64,000 nt of DNA, from positions 48,173 through 112,172 of the forward strand of contig CAVRSH010000045.1 of NCBI GenBank assembly GCA_963723815.1. The letters are read 5' to 3'. The DNA is from an uncultured Actinomycetota bacterium (lineage in GTDB: Bacteria; Actinomycetota; Actinomycetes; Propionibacteriales; Propionibacteriaceae). Positions 1 through 11,969 of this stretch are shown piece by piece. A model generated the notes under the pieces. The model saw only the letters and a list, made by a program, of their open reading frames with translations, was not told where the DNA came from and ran no database searches. Positions within the stretch are counted from its first letter, which is position 1; each line of letters opens with the position of its first letter. A program made the position numbers and the translations under genes.

Positions 1-940
1 TCCCGCGAGGTCGTGGACCGGCCCGCCGCCGACGGCGACATCGTGACGATCACCCTGGTGGCGAGCAAGGACGGCGAGCCGCTGGAGGACGCGACCGCCG
101 AGAGCATCGAGTACACGGTCGGCTCCGGCCAGATGCTCGAAGGGTTGGATGAGGCCGTCACCGGGCTCTCCGCCGGCGAGTCGGCGAAGTTCAGCTCGAC
201 CCTGGTCGGCGGCCCGCTGAAGGACGAGGAGGCCGACATCGAGGTGACCGTCACCAAGGTGCAGTCCCAGACGTTGCCGGACGCCGACGACGAGTTCGCG
301 CAGGAGGCATCGGAGTTCGACACGATCGAAGAACTGCGGAGCAACATCGCCGACCGGCTGGTCAATCTGGCCCGCCTCGAGCAGGCGAGCCAGGCCCGCG
401 ACGCGGTCCTCGAGTCCCTGATCGGACAACTCGACATCGAGGTTCCGGAGAATCTGCTGAGGACCGAGATCGAGGGCCGGCACGAGCAGATCAGCACCCA
501 GTTGGCCCAGGCGAACCTGACGCTCGAGCAGTATCTGGTCGACGCCGAGGAGGACCAGTCCGAGGAAGAGTTCTGGGCCGATGTCGAGACTCGCGCCGAG
601 CAGTCGCTGACGGCACAGATCATTCTCGACAAGGTGTCGGAGGAACGCGCCATCGCGCGTCGACCAGAACGATCTGACCCAGCACATCGTCCGCAAGGCC
701 CAGGCCGACGGCGTGCCGCCGCAGCAGGTGGCCGACCACCTGAAGGAGCATCCGCATCACATCGAGGAGTACATGCTCGAGATCCGTCGCGGCAAGGCGC
801 TCGCGCTGATCGTTGAGGCCGCGGAGGTCACCGACTCCGACGGCGAGACGATCGAACTCGCGCGGCTGCAGGAGGACGGCACGATCGGCGATACCGACGA
901 GTCTCCGGTCGAGGAAGAGGAAACCGCGCCGCCGGCCTGA
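1..940 (+). CDS. tig: Trigger factor (5'-partial; apparent frameshift near 660)
   Basis: FKBP-type segment (YTVGSGQMLEGLDEAVTG), DDEFAQEASEFDTIEELR and C-terminal EIRRGKALALIVE; lies upstream of clpP-clpP-clpX. Confidence 0.95.
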
Positions 941-964
941 TCGGTTCGTTTCGCTCCAGGCATC

Positions 965-996
965 CGTGCCCCTGTCCACATTTGGACAGGGGCACG
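965..996 (+). terminator. Hairpin after tig
   Basis: cgtgcccctgtcca-catt-tggacaggggcacg, perfect 14-bp stem. Confidence 0.7.
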
Positions 997-1321
997 TTCG
1001 GTTGGTGGGTGTCCGAAGAGGACACGGCCCGCCATGATCAACAAGTCGTGAATGGGGCTGCGGGACCGCGAATGTCGGCCGACCTCTGGATCGGCTCAGG
1101 ATCGCCTTGACTCAGGCCCGAAAAGGGCAAATCGAGGATTCGGATGATCTTGAGGGAATGCGCACGTGAAGACGACCGGTCGCGGAGGTTGTTCGGAGAA
1201 GATTCATCTTGTCGGGCCGAGGGGACAGCAGGAAATTCCCTCAGATCGACACACCGCATCGGCAGCTTCGCGACGGGTTCGTTGTCAGGGGGAACGTGTT
1301 CGAAGCTGCCGAGTTGAACGA

Positions 1322-1589
1322 CAGTCGTGGATTCAAATCAGGGGGAGGATCCACGTCGGTCAGCAGGAAGGTGTGACTGGTGTGGGTTCAAATCAGGGGG
1401 AGGATCCGCGCTCGGTCGCCCGCACGGCTCGACGATTCGGGGAGCGTAGCTCGGGGGAGCAGCACTCGGGGACCGTCGAGGTCGGGCAGCAGGCTTGGCA
1501 GTCGTGGATTCAAATCAGGGGGAGGATCCGCGGCAGTCGCCGCAGACCCAGCGAATCGGGGGCGTAGCTCGGGGGAGCGACACTCGGGG
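1322..1589. repeat. Intergenic repeat cluster: 3 copies of gtgg(a/g)ttcaaatcagggggaggatcc and 2 copies of gcgtagctcgggggagc...cactcgggg
   Basis: First motif at about 1322-1352, 1382-1407 and 1499-1529; second motif at about 1437-1471 and 1556-1589. Confidence 0.85.
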
Positions 1590-1680
1590 CGTTGGGGTGA
1601 AGGGTTGGTCAGGTCCGGCTGTTGATCAGCCTGGATCTGACCAACTTTCCCGTTCTCGGGCGAAGGTCTGGAGCCTTCTG

Positions 1681-1694
1681 CGCCGATAGCGAAC
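1681..1694 (-). promoter_or_regulatory. ClgR/PopR-type operator upstream of clpP1
   Basis: Minus strand reads GTTCGC-TATCG-GCG, matching the GTTCGC-N5-GCG consensus; about 50 bp before clpP1. Confidence 0.75.
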
Positions 1695-1745
1695 ATGTCG
1701 TGATTCCCGGCCCCGCGGTCAGTGGCCGGGGGTAGGTTCGTCCAC

Positions 1746-2424
1746 GTGAACGCACCGTTTGGATCCCCATTTGGGCCGGCTCTCGCCGGCCCGGTCGACC
1801 CTCGCTCGGCCACTCCCCTCACCCACCGTGCGGCAAGCCGGAACAGCATGGGCCTCGACGACAACGTCTATCAGGCCCTGCTGCAGAACCGGATCATCTT
1901 TCTCGGGTCTGAGGTCAAGGATGAGAACGCCAACGCCATCTGCGCCCAGATGCTGCTGTTGAATGCCGAAGATCCGCACAAGGACATCTACCTCTACATC
2001 AACTCGCCCGGCGGCTCGGTCGACTCGGGCATGGCGATCTACGACACCATGAAGTGGATCTCCAACGACGTGGCGACCGTGGCGATGGGACTCGCCGCCT
2101 CGATGGGCCAGTTCCTGCTCTGCGCCGGCACCCATGGCAAGCGGTACGCGCTGCCGCACAGCCGGATCATGATGCACCAGCCCTCCGGGGGACTCGGCGG
2201 CACGGCGAGCGACATCAAGATCCAGGCCGAGCAGTCGCTGCACATCAAGAGCGTGATGCAGAGGCTGATCGCCGAGCACACCGGCCAGACGCTTGGAGCA
2301 GATCGAGGCCGACTCCGACCGCGATCGCTGGTTCACCGCCGAGGACGCGCTCAAGTACGGCTTCATCGACCATGTCTATGCAGCGGCGGCACAGATCCCG
2401 TCGCCCCAGGCCCCCAACCAGTAG
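1746..2424 (+). CDS. clpP1: ATP-dependent Clp protease proteolytic subunit 1 (frameshift near 2295; start may be ATG 1848)
   Basis: [36 protein letters not shown] motifs. Confidence 0.95.
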
Positions 2425-2439
2425 AGGAGCGTGCCGACC

Positions 2440-3150
2440 ATGAGCAACCGTTTCGGAGCGCCCAACGCCTCGGGCCAGTTCTCTTCCCCGGAGATCGATT
2501 CGCGGAGCCGTGCACCGCAGGTGCGGCACGATCAGTTCGCGCCGACCATGGACTACTACATCCCGCAGTGGGAGGAGCGCACCTCGTACGGGATGCGCCG
2601 GATCGATCCGTACACCAAGCTGTTCGAGGACCGGATCATCTTCCTCGGCACGCCGATCTCGGACGAGATCGCGAATGCGGTGATGGCCCAGCTGCTCTGC
2701 CTGCAGCAGATGGACGCCGAACGCGACATCGAGATCTACATCAACTCACCGGGCGGCTCTTTCACCGCCCTGACGGCGATCTACGACACGATGCGCTACA
2801 TCAAGCCGGACGTCCGCACGGTGTGCCTCGGTCAGGCCGCCTCGGCCGCCGCGGTGATCCTGGCCGCCGGCACCAAGGGCAAGCGCCTCGCCCTGCCGAA
2901 CAGCCGGATCCTGATCCATCAGCCGGCGACCGAGGGCGGATACGGCCAGTCCTCCGACATCGAGATCCAGGCCCGCGAGATCCTGCGGATCCGGTCACTG
3001 ATGGAGGACATGCTGGCGTCCGACACCGGCAAGTCCACCGACGAGATCAGCCACGACATCGAGCGGGACAAGTACCTGACGGCCGAGCAGGCCTTGGAGT
3101 ACGGAATCATCGATGAGGTTTTGACTTCGCTCAAGGCCGTTCCGGTCTGA
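2440..3150 (+). CDS. clpP2: Clp protease proteolytic subunit 2
   Basis: [43 protein letters not shown]. Confidence 0.96.
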   Translation: MSNRFGAPNASGQFSSPEIDSRSRAPQVRHDQFAPTMDYYIPQWEERTSYGMRRIDPYTKLFEDRIIFLGTPISDEIANAVMAQLLCLQQMDAERDIEIYINSPGGSFTALTAIYDTMRYIKPDVRTVCLGQAASAAAVILAAGTKGKRLALPNSRILIHQPATEGGYGQSSDIEIQAREILRIRSLMEDMLASDTGKSTDEISHDIERDKYLTAEQALEYGIIDEVLTSLKAVPV

Positions 3151-3268
3151 GTGACGCCGAGCCGTGGACGCCGGCTCAATGTGCTCCACATCCGCGAGCT
3201 AGCGGGTTACTGTGGGACACACCTCCCGGCCTCACGGCCGAGATGATCGACCTTAGACAGGAGGCGGT

Positions 3269-4558
3269 GTGGCACGCATCGGAGAAAGCGGTGATCTGCT
3301 GAAGTGCTCGTTCTGCGGAAAGAGCCAGAAGCAGGTCAAGAAGCTCATCGCTGGTCCCGGCGTCTACATCTGTGACGAGTGCATTGATCTGTGCAACGAG
3401 ATCATCGAGGAGGAGTTCTCCGAGGGTGCCGAGGTCGGTCTCCTCGAGGAACTCCCCAAGCCGCATCAGATCCGCCAGTTCCTCGACGGGTACGTGATCG
3501 GTCAGACCAACGCCAAGAAGGCACTCGCGGTCGCGGTCTACAACCACTACAAGCGGGTCCAGGCGCAGGCGACCAACCCGGCCCGGCGCGCCGAGGACGA
3601 CGGGGTCGAGCTCGGCAAGTCGAACATCTTGCTGATCGGCCCGACCGGCTGCGGCAAGACCTATCTCGCGCAGACGCTGGCCAAGATGCTCAACGTGCCG
3701 TTCGCGATCGCCGACGCCACGGCGCTGACCGAAGCCGGGTATGTCGGTGAGGACGTCGAGAACATCCTGCTCAAACTGATCCAGGCCGCCGACTTCGACG
3801 TGAAGAAGGCCGAGACCGGCATCATCTACATCGACGAGGTCGACAAGATCGCCCGGAAGAGCGAAAACCCGTCGATCACCCGCGATGTCTCCGGGGAGGG
3901 CGTCCAGCAGGCGCTGCTCAAGATCTTGGAGGGCACGTCCGCCTCGGTGCCACCGCAGGGCGGGCGGAAGCATCCGCATCAGGACTTCATCCAGATCGAC
4001 ACCACCAACGTGCTGTTCATCGTCGGTGGCGCCTTCGCCGGGCTCGATCACATCATCGCGTCGCGGGTCGGCAAGCGGCCCCTCGGGTTCAACAACGACC
4101 TTGCCACCCGCCGGCCGGAATCGGACGACCCGTTCGCCGACGTCCGCCCGGAGGACCTGGTGAAGTTCGGGTTGATCCCGGAGTTCATCGGCCGGCTGCC
4201 GATGATCTCCTCGGTCTCCCCGCTGGACCGCGATGCGCTGATCAGAATCCTGATCGAGCCGCGCAACGCCCTGGTCAAACAGTTCCACAAGCTCTTCGAA
4301 CTCGACGGCGTCGAGTTGGAGTTCACCCCCGACGCGATCGAGGCGATCGCCGACCTGGCGCTGCTCCGCGGCACCGGTGCGCGCGGTCTGCGGGCCATCC
4401 TCGAGGAAGTGCTGCTCAACGTCATGTACGACGTGCCGAGCCGGGACGACGTCGCCCAGGTGATCATCTCCGCCGAGGTCGTCAAGGATTCCGTGCTGCC
4501 GACCCTGGTGCCGCGGGAGAAACTGGCCAAGCGCGAGCGTCGCGACAAGTCCGCGTAG
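3269..4558 (+). CDS. clpX: ATP-dependent Clp protease ATP-binding subunit
   Basis: C4 zinc finger CSFCGK...ICDEC, Walker A GPTGCGKT, intact 429-aa ORF. Confidence 0.99.
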   Translation: MARIGESGDLLKCSFCGKSQKQVKKLIAGPGVYICDECIDLCNEIIEEEFSEGAEVGLLEELPKPHQIRQFLDGYVIGQTNAKKALAVAVYNHYKRVQAQATNPARRAEDDGVELGKSNILLIGPTGCGKTYLAQTLAKMLNVPFAIADATALTEAGYVGEDVENILLKLIQAADFDVKKAETGIIYIDEVDKIARKSENPSITRDVSGEGVQQALLKILEGTSASVPPQGGRKHPHQDFIQIDTTNVLFIVGGAFAGLDHIIASRVGKRPLGFNNDLATRRPESDDPFADVRPEDLVKFGLIPEFIGRLPMISSVSPLDRDALIRILIEPRNALVKQFHKLFELDGVELEFTPDAIEAIADLALLRGTGARGLRAILEEVLLNVMYDVPSRDDVAQVIISAEVVKDSVLPTLVPREKLAKRERRDKSA

Positions 4559-4637
4559 ATCCCGCGCTCTGTCACGGCAAGGGGGGCGACCCCCTTGAAC
4601 CCCCGCCGCGCGCGCAAGAACACACGGGTGCGCGCTC

Positions 4638-5500
4638 CTAGAGGCGCATCCCTCTGGACAGGGTGCGTGCGCCGAAGTCGAGCATCCGGTCGGGCAGCAG
4701 GGTGTTCGCGGCAATGATCGCCTTGGCCGTGAACGGCATCGCATAGCGAGTCTTCGGTCGCCGGGCCTGGACCGCGTCGAGGACGGCAGCCGCGACCACC
4801 GAGGGCTCCGCTCCGAAGCGGTCGGCGAAGGCATAGAGCCGCTGCATGCTCTTGACCAGTCCGGCGTACGCGGTGTGGCCGGAGTACTTCTCCGCACTGT
4901 CGGTGGCGATGCCGCCCCATTCGGTCTTGATCGAGCCGGGCTCGATCAAGATCACGTCGATGCCGAATCCGCGCAGTTCGAGCCGTAGGCTGTCGCTGAA
5001 TCCCTCGACCGCGAACTTGCTGGCGTGGTACCAGGCGCCCAGCGCCTCGCCGAAGTGGCCGCCCATCGAGGCGATGTTGATGATCCGGCCCCGGCCCGCC
5101 TCCCGCATGTGCGGGATCGACGAGCTGGGTCAGCCGGGCCAGGCCGAACAGATTGACGTCGAACTGGGACCGGCCCTCGGAGATCGGCACGTCCTCGACC
5201 GATCCGTACGACCCGTAGCCGGCGTTGTTGATCAAGGTGTCGATGCGGCCCTGCTCGTCGATGATCGTCTTGATCATCGCGGCGGTGGAGTCATCGTCGG
5301 TGACATCCAGCGCGTGGGTGGAGATCCCCTGTTCCGGCGAGGGCGGCCATCCGGTCGGTTCGGCGGGCACCGGCGTAAACCACGTGTCCGTGCTGATGGA
5401 GCAGGAGGGCGGTCGCCTCGCCGATTCCCGACGAGGCTCCGGTGATCAAGACGACGCCGGGCTCGGGCTCCGCTGCCGATCTCCCGCCCTCGGTGTTCAT
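4638..5500 (-). CDS. Short-chain dehydrogenase/reductase (frameshifted)
   Basis: [17 protein letters not shown] and YHASK motifs across three frames. Confidence 0.9.
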
Positions 5501-8077
5501 GCGCTCAGGGTGACGTCGATGGAGAGCGGCGTGTCGGCATCGCGCCAGGTCAGTTCGCCGGTGATCCGGCCGACGGCCCGCAGGTCGGCCTCGACGGTTC
5601 GGAGCCGGTCAAGAGTCTCGAGCCGGCCCGGAGAGGTGCGCCGCGGTGACCTCGGTCTTCATCGAGACCTTGGCCTGCGACTTGGCGCCGCGGATCTCGA
5701 CCAGGGCGGCGGCGATGTCAGCCAGCAGTTCCGGGTCCCCGTCGACCTCGATCTCCTCGACCCGCGGCCAACTGGCGCGATGGATCGAGGTCTGGTGCCA
5801 CCACGACCAGACCTCCTCGGTGGCGTACGGCATGATCGGCGCCAGCAGCCGAAGCATCACATCGAGCGCGGCGAGGAGCGTCGCCTGGGCCGACGCGGCC
5901 CCGGCACTGGCCGGGCCGTACGCGCGCTCCTTCACCAGCTCCAGGTAGTCGTCGCAGAACTGCCAGAAGAACTGCTCGCTGACCTCCAGCGCACCGGTGT
6001 AGTCGTACGCCTCGAAGGCGGTGGTCGCGTCGGCGATCACGGTCCGCAACTGGGCCAGCAAGGCGCGGTCGACCGGCTCGATGATCACGTCCTGATCGTC
6101 ATGATCGACAGCTCCGCCCAGTCCGAGGACGAACTTGCTCGCGTTCAAGATCTTCAGCGCGAGCCGTCGACCGACCTTCATCTCCCGCTCGTCGAAGGGG
6201 GAGTCCAGGCCCGGACGCGCCTTGGCCGCCCGCCAGCGGACCGCGTCGGAGCCGTAGCGTTCGAGCACATCGGTGGGCACCACCACATTGCCCTTGGACT
6301 TGCTCATCTTCTTCCGATCGGGATCCATCACGAAGCCGCTGATCATCGATCGGTACCAGGGCAGCGAGTGGTTCTCGAAGTGCGCCCGCACCACCCGGGA
6401 GAAGAGCCAGGTGCGGATGATCTCGTGCGCGTGGGTGTTCAGATCCATCGGGAAGGTGAGCGAGAAGAGCTCCGGATCCCGCTCCCAGCCGCAGACGATC
6501 TGCGGGCTCAGGGAGGACGTCGCCCAGGTGTCCATCACATCCGGGTCGGCCATGAATCCGCCCGGCTGCCCGCGCTGCGCCTCGTCGTAGCCCGGCGGCA
6601 CCTCGGAGCTCGGATCGATCGGCAGCGCGTCCTCGGCCGCGCTGATCGGCTGCGTGTAGTCGGGTTCGCCGTCGGCGTCCAGCGGATACCAGACCGGGAA
6701 CGGCACCCCGAAGAACCGCTGCCGGGACACCAGCCAGTCGCCGTTCAACCCGGCCACCCAGTTGTCGTAGCGGTACTTCATGTGCTGCGGCACCCAGCCG
6801 AGTTCCTCGCCGCGGGCGAGCATCGTCTCCTTGAGGCCGGCGTCGCGGCCACCGTTGCGGATATACCACTGGCGGGTCGAGACGATCTCCAGCGGCTTGT
6901 CGCCCTTCTCGTAGAAGTTGGCCTTGCGCTGGGTGGGCGTCGGCTCGCCGTCGAGATCGCCGGAGTCGCGCAGCGCCGTGACGATGGCCTCCCGGGCGGA
7001 GAACGTGGTTTTGCCGGCGATGCTGGTCCAGTCGATGGTGTTGGCGATCCAGGTCGGCCGTTCGCCGACGATCCGGCCGTCGCGACCGATGATCACCCGG
7101 GCCGGCAGTTGCAACTCGCGCCACCACGTCACGTCGGCCAGATCACCGAACGTGCAGCACATCGCGATGCCCGCGCCCTTGTCCGGCTCGGCCGCCGGGT
7201 GGGGGAGCACCGGCACCTCCACGTGGTAGAGCGGCGTGTTGACCGTCTGGCCGAAGAGGTGCTGGTACCGGGCATCGTCGGGATGGGCGATCAGCGCAAC
7301 GCAGGCGGGAATCAGCTCGGGCCTGGTGGTCTCGATGTGGACCGGTCCCTGGGGCCCGGCGAACGCGATCCGGTGGTAGGCGCCCGGATAGTCCCTCGCC
7401 TCCACCTCGGCCTGCGCGACCGCGGTCTGGAAGGTGACGTCCCACAGCGTCGGTGCCTCCGAAAGGTAGGCCTCGTTGCGCGCGACGTTGCGCAGGAAAC
7501 CTTTCTGGGCAACGGCGATCGAGTCGTCGCCGATCGTGGTGTAGAGGCTCGACCAGTCCACACTCAGGCCGACCCGGCGCCAGAGATCCTCGAACGCCGT
7601 CTCGTCCACGTGGGTCAGTTCGTGGCACAACTCAACGAAGTTGCGCCGGCTGATCCGGAGCTGATTCTTCGGATCGGGCTTGTCGGGCGGGGTGAAATCC
7701 GGGTCGTACGGGACGGTCGGGTCGCACCGGACGCCGTAGAAGTTCTGCACCCGACGCTCGGTCGGCAGGCCGTTGTCGTCCCAGCCGATCGGATAGAACA
7801 CGTGCTTGCCGGTCATCCGCTGATAGCGGGCGATCAGATCCGTGTGGGTGTAGGAGAACACGTGGCCCACATGCAACGAACCCGACACGGTCGGCGGCGG
7901 GGTGTCGATGCTGAAGACCTCGGCTCCGGGTCTCCGGCCGGACGAACGCGTACGTGTCCTTGGCCTTCCAACGCTCGACCCATTTGCTCTCGAGCCCTCC
8001 AGCGCCGGCCGATCCGGTACGACCGGAGCACCAAGCGGTGGTGCGTCGGGTCGGTGGTCGGTCTGCTCGATGGTCAT
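5497..8077 (-). CDS. valS: Valine--tRNA ligase (frameshifts near both ends)
   Basis: [31 protein letters not shown] motifs. Confidence 0.97.
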
Positions 8078-8144
8078 GGTCGTGATCTTAGAGAAGGCCG
8101 CCTATGGCCGCGATCGCGTTTCGTGGGCCGGTACCGCAGGGCAG

Positions 8145-8163
8145 CGAGGTACACCTAACCTAA
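8145..8163. promoter_or_regulatory. Probable IdeR/DtxR iron box
   Basis: CGAGGTACACCTAACCTAA versus consensus TWAGGTWAGSCTWACCTWA (right half perfect); AT-rich in a GC-rich background; precedes a siderophore-binding-protein remnant. Confidence 0.6.
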
Positions 8164-8254
8164 CTAAGGTTGGTCGAGCCCACCGGCACGACACCGACGG
8201 CAAAGCAGTCGTCCTGCTCCTTCAGCCCGACCGTCACGACTCGTCGGGGCGACC

Positions 8255-8692
8255 GTGCTGACCGACACCGACGGAATCCAGGTCGAGAAGATCGCCGCAC
8301 TGCAGCCCGACCTGATCCTCGCCGTCATATCAGGGCGTGAAGAGTCCGACGACGACTGGTGGCGGCGGCCAAGAAGAAGGTTGCGGACGCGGCAGCGGCC
8401 CATCCGGAGTTCGGCGTGGGGAGGCCAGTTGAGCACCGAGCGGGTCGACCTGCTGGACACCGACATGATCATCTGGCTCATGGAGGGTGACGGGCGCAAG
8501 ACAGTCGAGGCGAACAAGGCCTACACCTCCCTGGCGGTGCATCGCGAGGGTCGGAGATCTTCACCGAGCCGGGGACAGCGTCTACGAGGCCTTGTCCTTT
8601 TGACCGTGCTCAGTGTCGGCTATCTGGTCGAGCAACTCACCCCGCGGCTTGCCGCGGCGGTCGACGGCGATCCCGGTACCGTCACCGACTGA
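8255..8692 (+). pseudogene. Internally deleted iron-siderophore ABC substrate-binding protein remnant
   Basis: EKIAALQPDLILAV, QLSTERVDLLDTD and LTPRLAAAVDGDPGT motifs; no signal peptide; much shorter than a full-length protein of about 300 aa. Confidence 0.65.
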
Positions 8693-8741
8693 CGGTCGCC
8701 TCCTGGGGCGCATTCCGGATGCGCCCTAGACTCGGGTCGCC

Positions 8742-10193
8742 ATGTCACCTGATGATGCGTCCCACCAGTCCCACGCCGAGATCGTTGCCGCCCTGACCCG
8801 CAGGTGGCCCGAACATCGGGTCGCGCCGAGCCTCGCGCGCATCCGGGCTCTGACCGAGCTGCTCGGCGATCCGCAACAGGCGTACCCGGTGATCCACATC
8901 AGCGGCACCAACGGCAAGGGAAGCACCGCGGCGATGATCGAGTCGTTGCTGCGGGCCGACGGGCTGCGCACCGGCCGGTTCACCTCGCCGCATGTGACGA
9001 GTGTGACCGAGCGGATCACCATCGACGGTGCGCCTATCAGCGAGGAGCGCTTCGACGAGGTGTGGCGTGAGATCGAGCCGTACGTGGCGTTGATCGACGC
9101 AGCAGCAGCTCGACGGCGTGTCGATGACCTTCTTCGAGATCATCACCGCCATGGCGTACGCGGCGTTCGCCGATGCGCCGGTGGACGTGGCCGTGGTCGA
9201 GGTCGGGCTGGGCGGCACCTGGGACGCGACCAACGTGGCCGATGCCGACGTCGCAGTGATCACCCCGATCGATCTCGACCACACGCATCTGCTGGGCACC
9301 ACTATCGCCGAGATCGCCACCGAGAAGGCCGGCATCATCAAGCCGGGAGCCCACGCGATCCTCGCCGGTCAGAGTTCCGAGGCGGCGCAGGTGCTGCTCC
9401 AGCGTTGCGCCGAGGTCGGCGCATTGCCCCAGCGGGAGGGGATCGACTTCGGGGTGATCAGCCGGCAGCTCGCGGTCGGCGGCCAGGTGATCCGTATCAA
9501 TGGCGCCGAAGGGCCGATCGAGGACGTCTTCCTGCCGCTCTACGGCGCCCATCAGGCGGCGAACGCGGCGCAGGCCCTCGCCGCGGTGGAGGCGTTTCTC
9601 GGACTGAAGGCGCTCAATCCCGACGTCGCGCGCGAGGGGTATGCCGCACGTGACGTTCCCGGGTCGGATGGAGGTGGTCCGCCGGTCGCCGACCGTGGTG
9701 CTGGACGCCGCGCACAATCCGCACGGTGCGCGTGCCACGGCTGCCGCAGTCGACGGAGGCGTTCAGTTTCAGCCCGCTCATCGGCGTGGTGGCGGTGATG
9801 GCCGATAAGGACGCGCGCGGACTGCTCGAGGCCTTCGAGGAGCTGATGAATCACCTGGTGGTCACCCAGGTCGGCTCGACCACGCGTGGACTGCCCGCCG
9901 ACGAACTGGGCGAACTGGCCGCGGAGATCTTCGGCGCCGAGCGGGTCACCGTCGCGCCGCGGCTCGACGACGCGATCGAACGGGCCATATCGCTGGCCGA
10001 GGTCGAAGGCGCCGGTGCTCCCGGTGTGTTGATCACGGGCTCGGTGGTCGCAGTCGGTGAGGCGCGGACCTTGCTGGTGTCCGAGGAGCCGTCGGGCGAG
10101 ACCGCAGGTGACGATGATCCCGACGACGACTGGGACGCGGACTATGCGGAATCCGAGAACGGCCAGGAGCCCGACCGGGAGCTGTGGACGTGA
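8742..10193 (+). CDS. folC: Folylpolyglutamate synthase/dihydrofolate synthase (frameshifted)
   Basis: IHISGTNGKGST, FTSPH, VEVGLGGTWDATN, LDAAHNP, ITGSVVAVGEAR. Confidence 0.95.
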
Positions 10194-10537
10194 CGCTCAG
10201 CCCGGGCAACCCGATGCGGGTCGTGCTGTTGTCGGTGTTGATCTTCGAGGTGATCGTCTTCGGACTCGCCATTCCGGTGATGATCTTGATCGGCGACGTC
10301 TCGGCGGGCGCGGCGAGCGGTTTCGGAGGTGGGGCCGCGCTGCTCGCCCTGCTGGCCGCCGGGACGCTTCGTCGTCCGACCGGCTACTACCTGGGCTGGG
10401 CCACCCAACTCGTCGGCGTCGCGCTGGGCTTCCTGACCTCCACGATGTTCATCGTCGGCGTGATGTTCGCCGCCATCTGGGTCATCACTTTCATTCTGGG
10501 TAAGCGATTGGATGAGGCCAAGACCGCGCAGTCCTGA
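10190..10537 (+). CDS. DUF4233-like small membrane protein
   Basis: Multi-TM 115-aa protein (LIFEVIVFGLA...LGWATQ) overlapping the folC stop, its usual position in actinobacteria. Confidence 0.75.
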   Translation: MTLSPGNPMRVVLLSVLIFEVIVFGLAIPVMILIGDVSAGAASGFGGGAALLALLAAGTLRRPTGYYLGWATQLVGVALGFLTSTMFIVGVMFAAIWVITFILGKRLDEAKTAQS

Positions 10538-10552
10538 CCATAGCTCGGCCCA

Positions 10553-10770
10553 TCAGCTGACAATCGGCCTGTTCCGCCGCGTCTGTTTTCGGGCGGTGAG
10601 GATGGCTTGGATGCGGGTGTTGATCATGGGTTTCTGTTCTCGGTCGACCCACTTTGGTGGGGTCCATTCGGGGAGGCCGTCGGTGTTGATGCGCAGGTCC
10701 AGCCGCGGGCCAGGAAGTTGTGATGGTGGTACGCGCAGACCAACGTCAGATTGGTGGAGTATGAGTTAAG
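10553..10770 (-). pseudogene. C-terminal fragment of a DUF222/HNH endonuclease
   Basis: NLTLVCAYHHHNFLARGW...DGLPEWTPPKWVDREQKP; the N-terminal part is absent. Confidence 0.7.
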
Positions 10771-11094
10771 GCACGCTCGCGCGGTCGGCCGGGCTAGGGC
10801 GCCCAGGTCCACCACGGGCTCCGCCCGCCGCACGCCCTCGCGTATCCAGTCGAGCAACAGCCTGCTCCACCCGGAACGGCTTCAGGGCGTTCTGGCCCTT
10901 CGGGACGGACAGGAACGTGATCAGGAACGCCTCCACCCGACGCGAGTCCCGAGGTAGCAGGAGCATGCTCAGATCAAGCGGCGTGGCGTTGCCCAGTGCC
11001 TTTGGACCGGCCTTCAGGGCCGCCACCGCGCCACTCATGCGCTGGTTACCGCGATGCTTGCCGAGTCCCAATGCCAAGGAGGAAACTCTGGGCT

Positions 11095-11265
11095 ATGGCG
11101 AAACCATGGAAATGCCGACTGAGGCACCACTCATGGGATGATCGCGAGAATCCAGAGACCCACGAGTGTTATCAGGTGTGCTCGCGCTGTAACGCCTATC
11201 GCGACAGAGGAGGTGCCGCTCCGGGCGCGGGGGCGGCGGGTATGACCGGCTCGGGCATTGGGTAA
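11095..11265 (+). CDS. Small Cys/His-rich hypothetical protein (56 aa)
   Basis: AAGGAGG upstream; MAKPWKCRLRHHSW...CYQVCSRC. Confidence 0.5.
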   Translation: MAKPWKCRLRHHSWDDRENPETHECYQVCSRCNAYRDRGGAAPGAGAAGMTGSGIG

Positions 11266-11969
11266 GCCGCTCGTCGCGGGAACGTCCGAGTAACTGGCCG
11301 CTGAGTTGGCTCGGCCACACACCCCGTCCCGAAGGTCACATCTGCACGCAGTGCCACCAGGAAGCCCGAGCCCGGACCATCTCCGGGGTCCGGCCGTAGG
11401 TGAGGAGTTCGGAGGCGATGTAGTGCTGCACCACCCCGGTCAGCGCAGCCGCTAGGCAGCGTGGCGGTGTCCTCGCGGCGTCCCGACACCTCGAACAGCG
11501 CATCGGTCAGCATCGGTACCAGATCACTCGGTATGGCCGTGTCTGAGCACGCCATGTCATCACGGTCCTATCGGTCGATAGTGAGATGTAGCGACGGTAC
11601 AGCGAGGGTTTGGCTCCGCGCTCGCTATCGAGCGACAGCAGTGCTTACGGGGTTAGTTCTTCTCGGGTGCACCGGTAGCTGTTCCCCCGATCACGACCCC
11701 GCCTCGGCCGGTGCCGCCGGTCGTAGCGTCATTCGTCTCCTGAACGACGACGAGATCGACGCCCTACTGCGCGATCAATCCCGCTGACGGGACGATGGCT
11801 GGCGTTGTGTGACGGCATCACATCAAGGGCCACTGAGGTCCTCGACGCTCAGGGCTGAGTCGTTGGCTCGTCCTGGAGCACCTTGATCATCTCATCCAAG
11901 CCCCGGCGGCCGCATTGTCTGCGGGTTGCCCGCAAATCAGGGCTCAAGCCGGTTCACTAACCTAGGCGA

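Noticed and set aside
1322-1529. CRISPR array (three repeats of about 26-31 bp)
   Set aside because: Spacers are very unequal (about 29 and 91 bp), spacer sequence is itself duplicated, and no cas genes are in the window.
1437-1530. Functional tRNA gene
   Set aside because: D- and T-arm-like motifs are present, but the T-stem and acceptor stem do not pair and there is no credible anticodon arm.
1722-3116. 464-aa extended ClpP or programmed frameshift
   Set aside because: A single indel near 2295 explains it; the normal ClpP C-terminus is in another frame and ends at 2424.
5225-8158. 977-aa plus-strand ORF
   Set aside because: Antisense shadow of valS, typical of high-GC DNA; no motifs.
11280-11950. 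Short ORFs 11196-11555 and 11461-11787
   Set aside because: No recognisable motifs or RBS; probably decayed island DNA.
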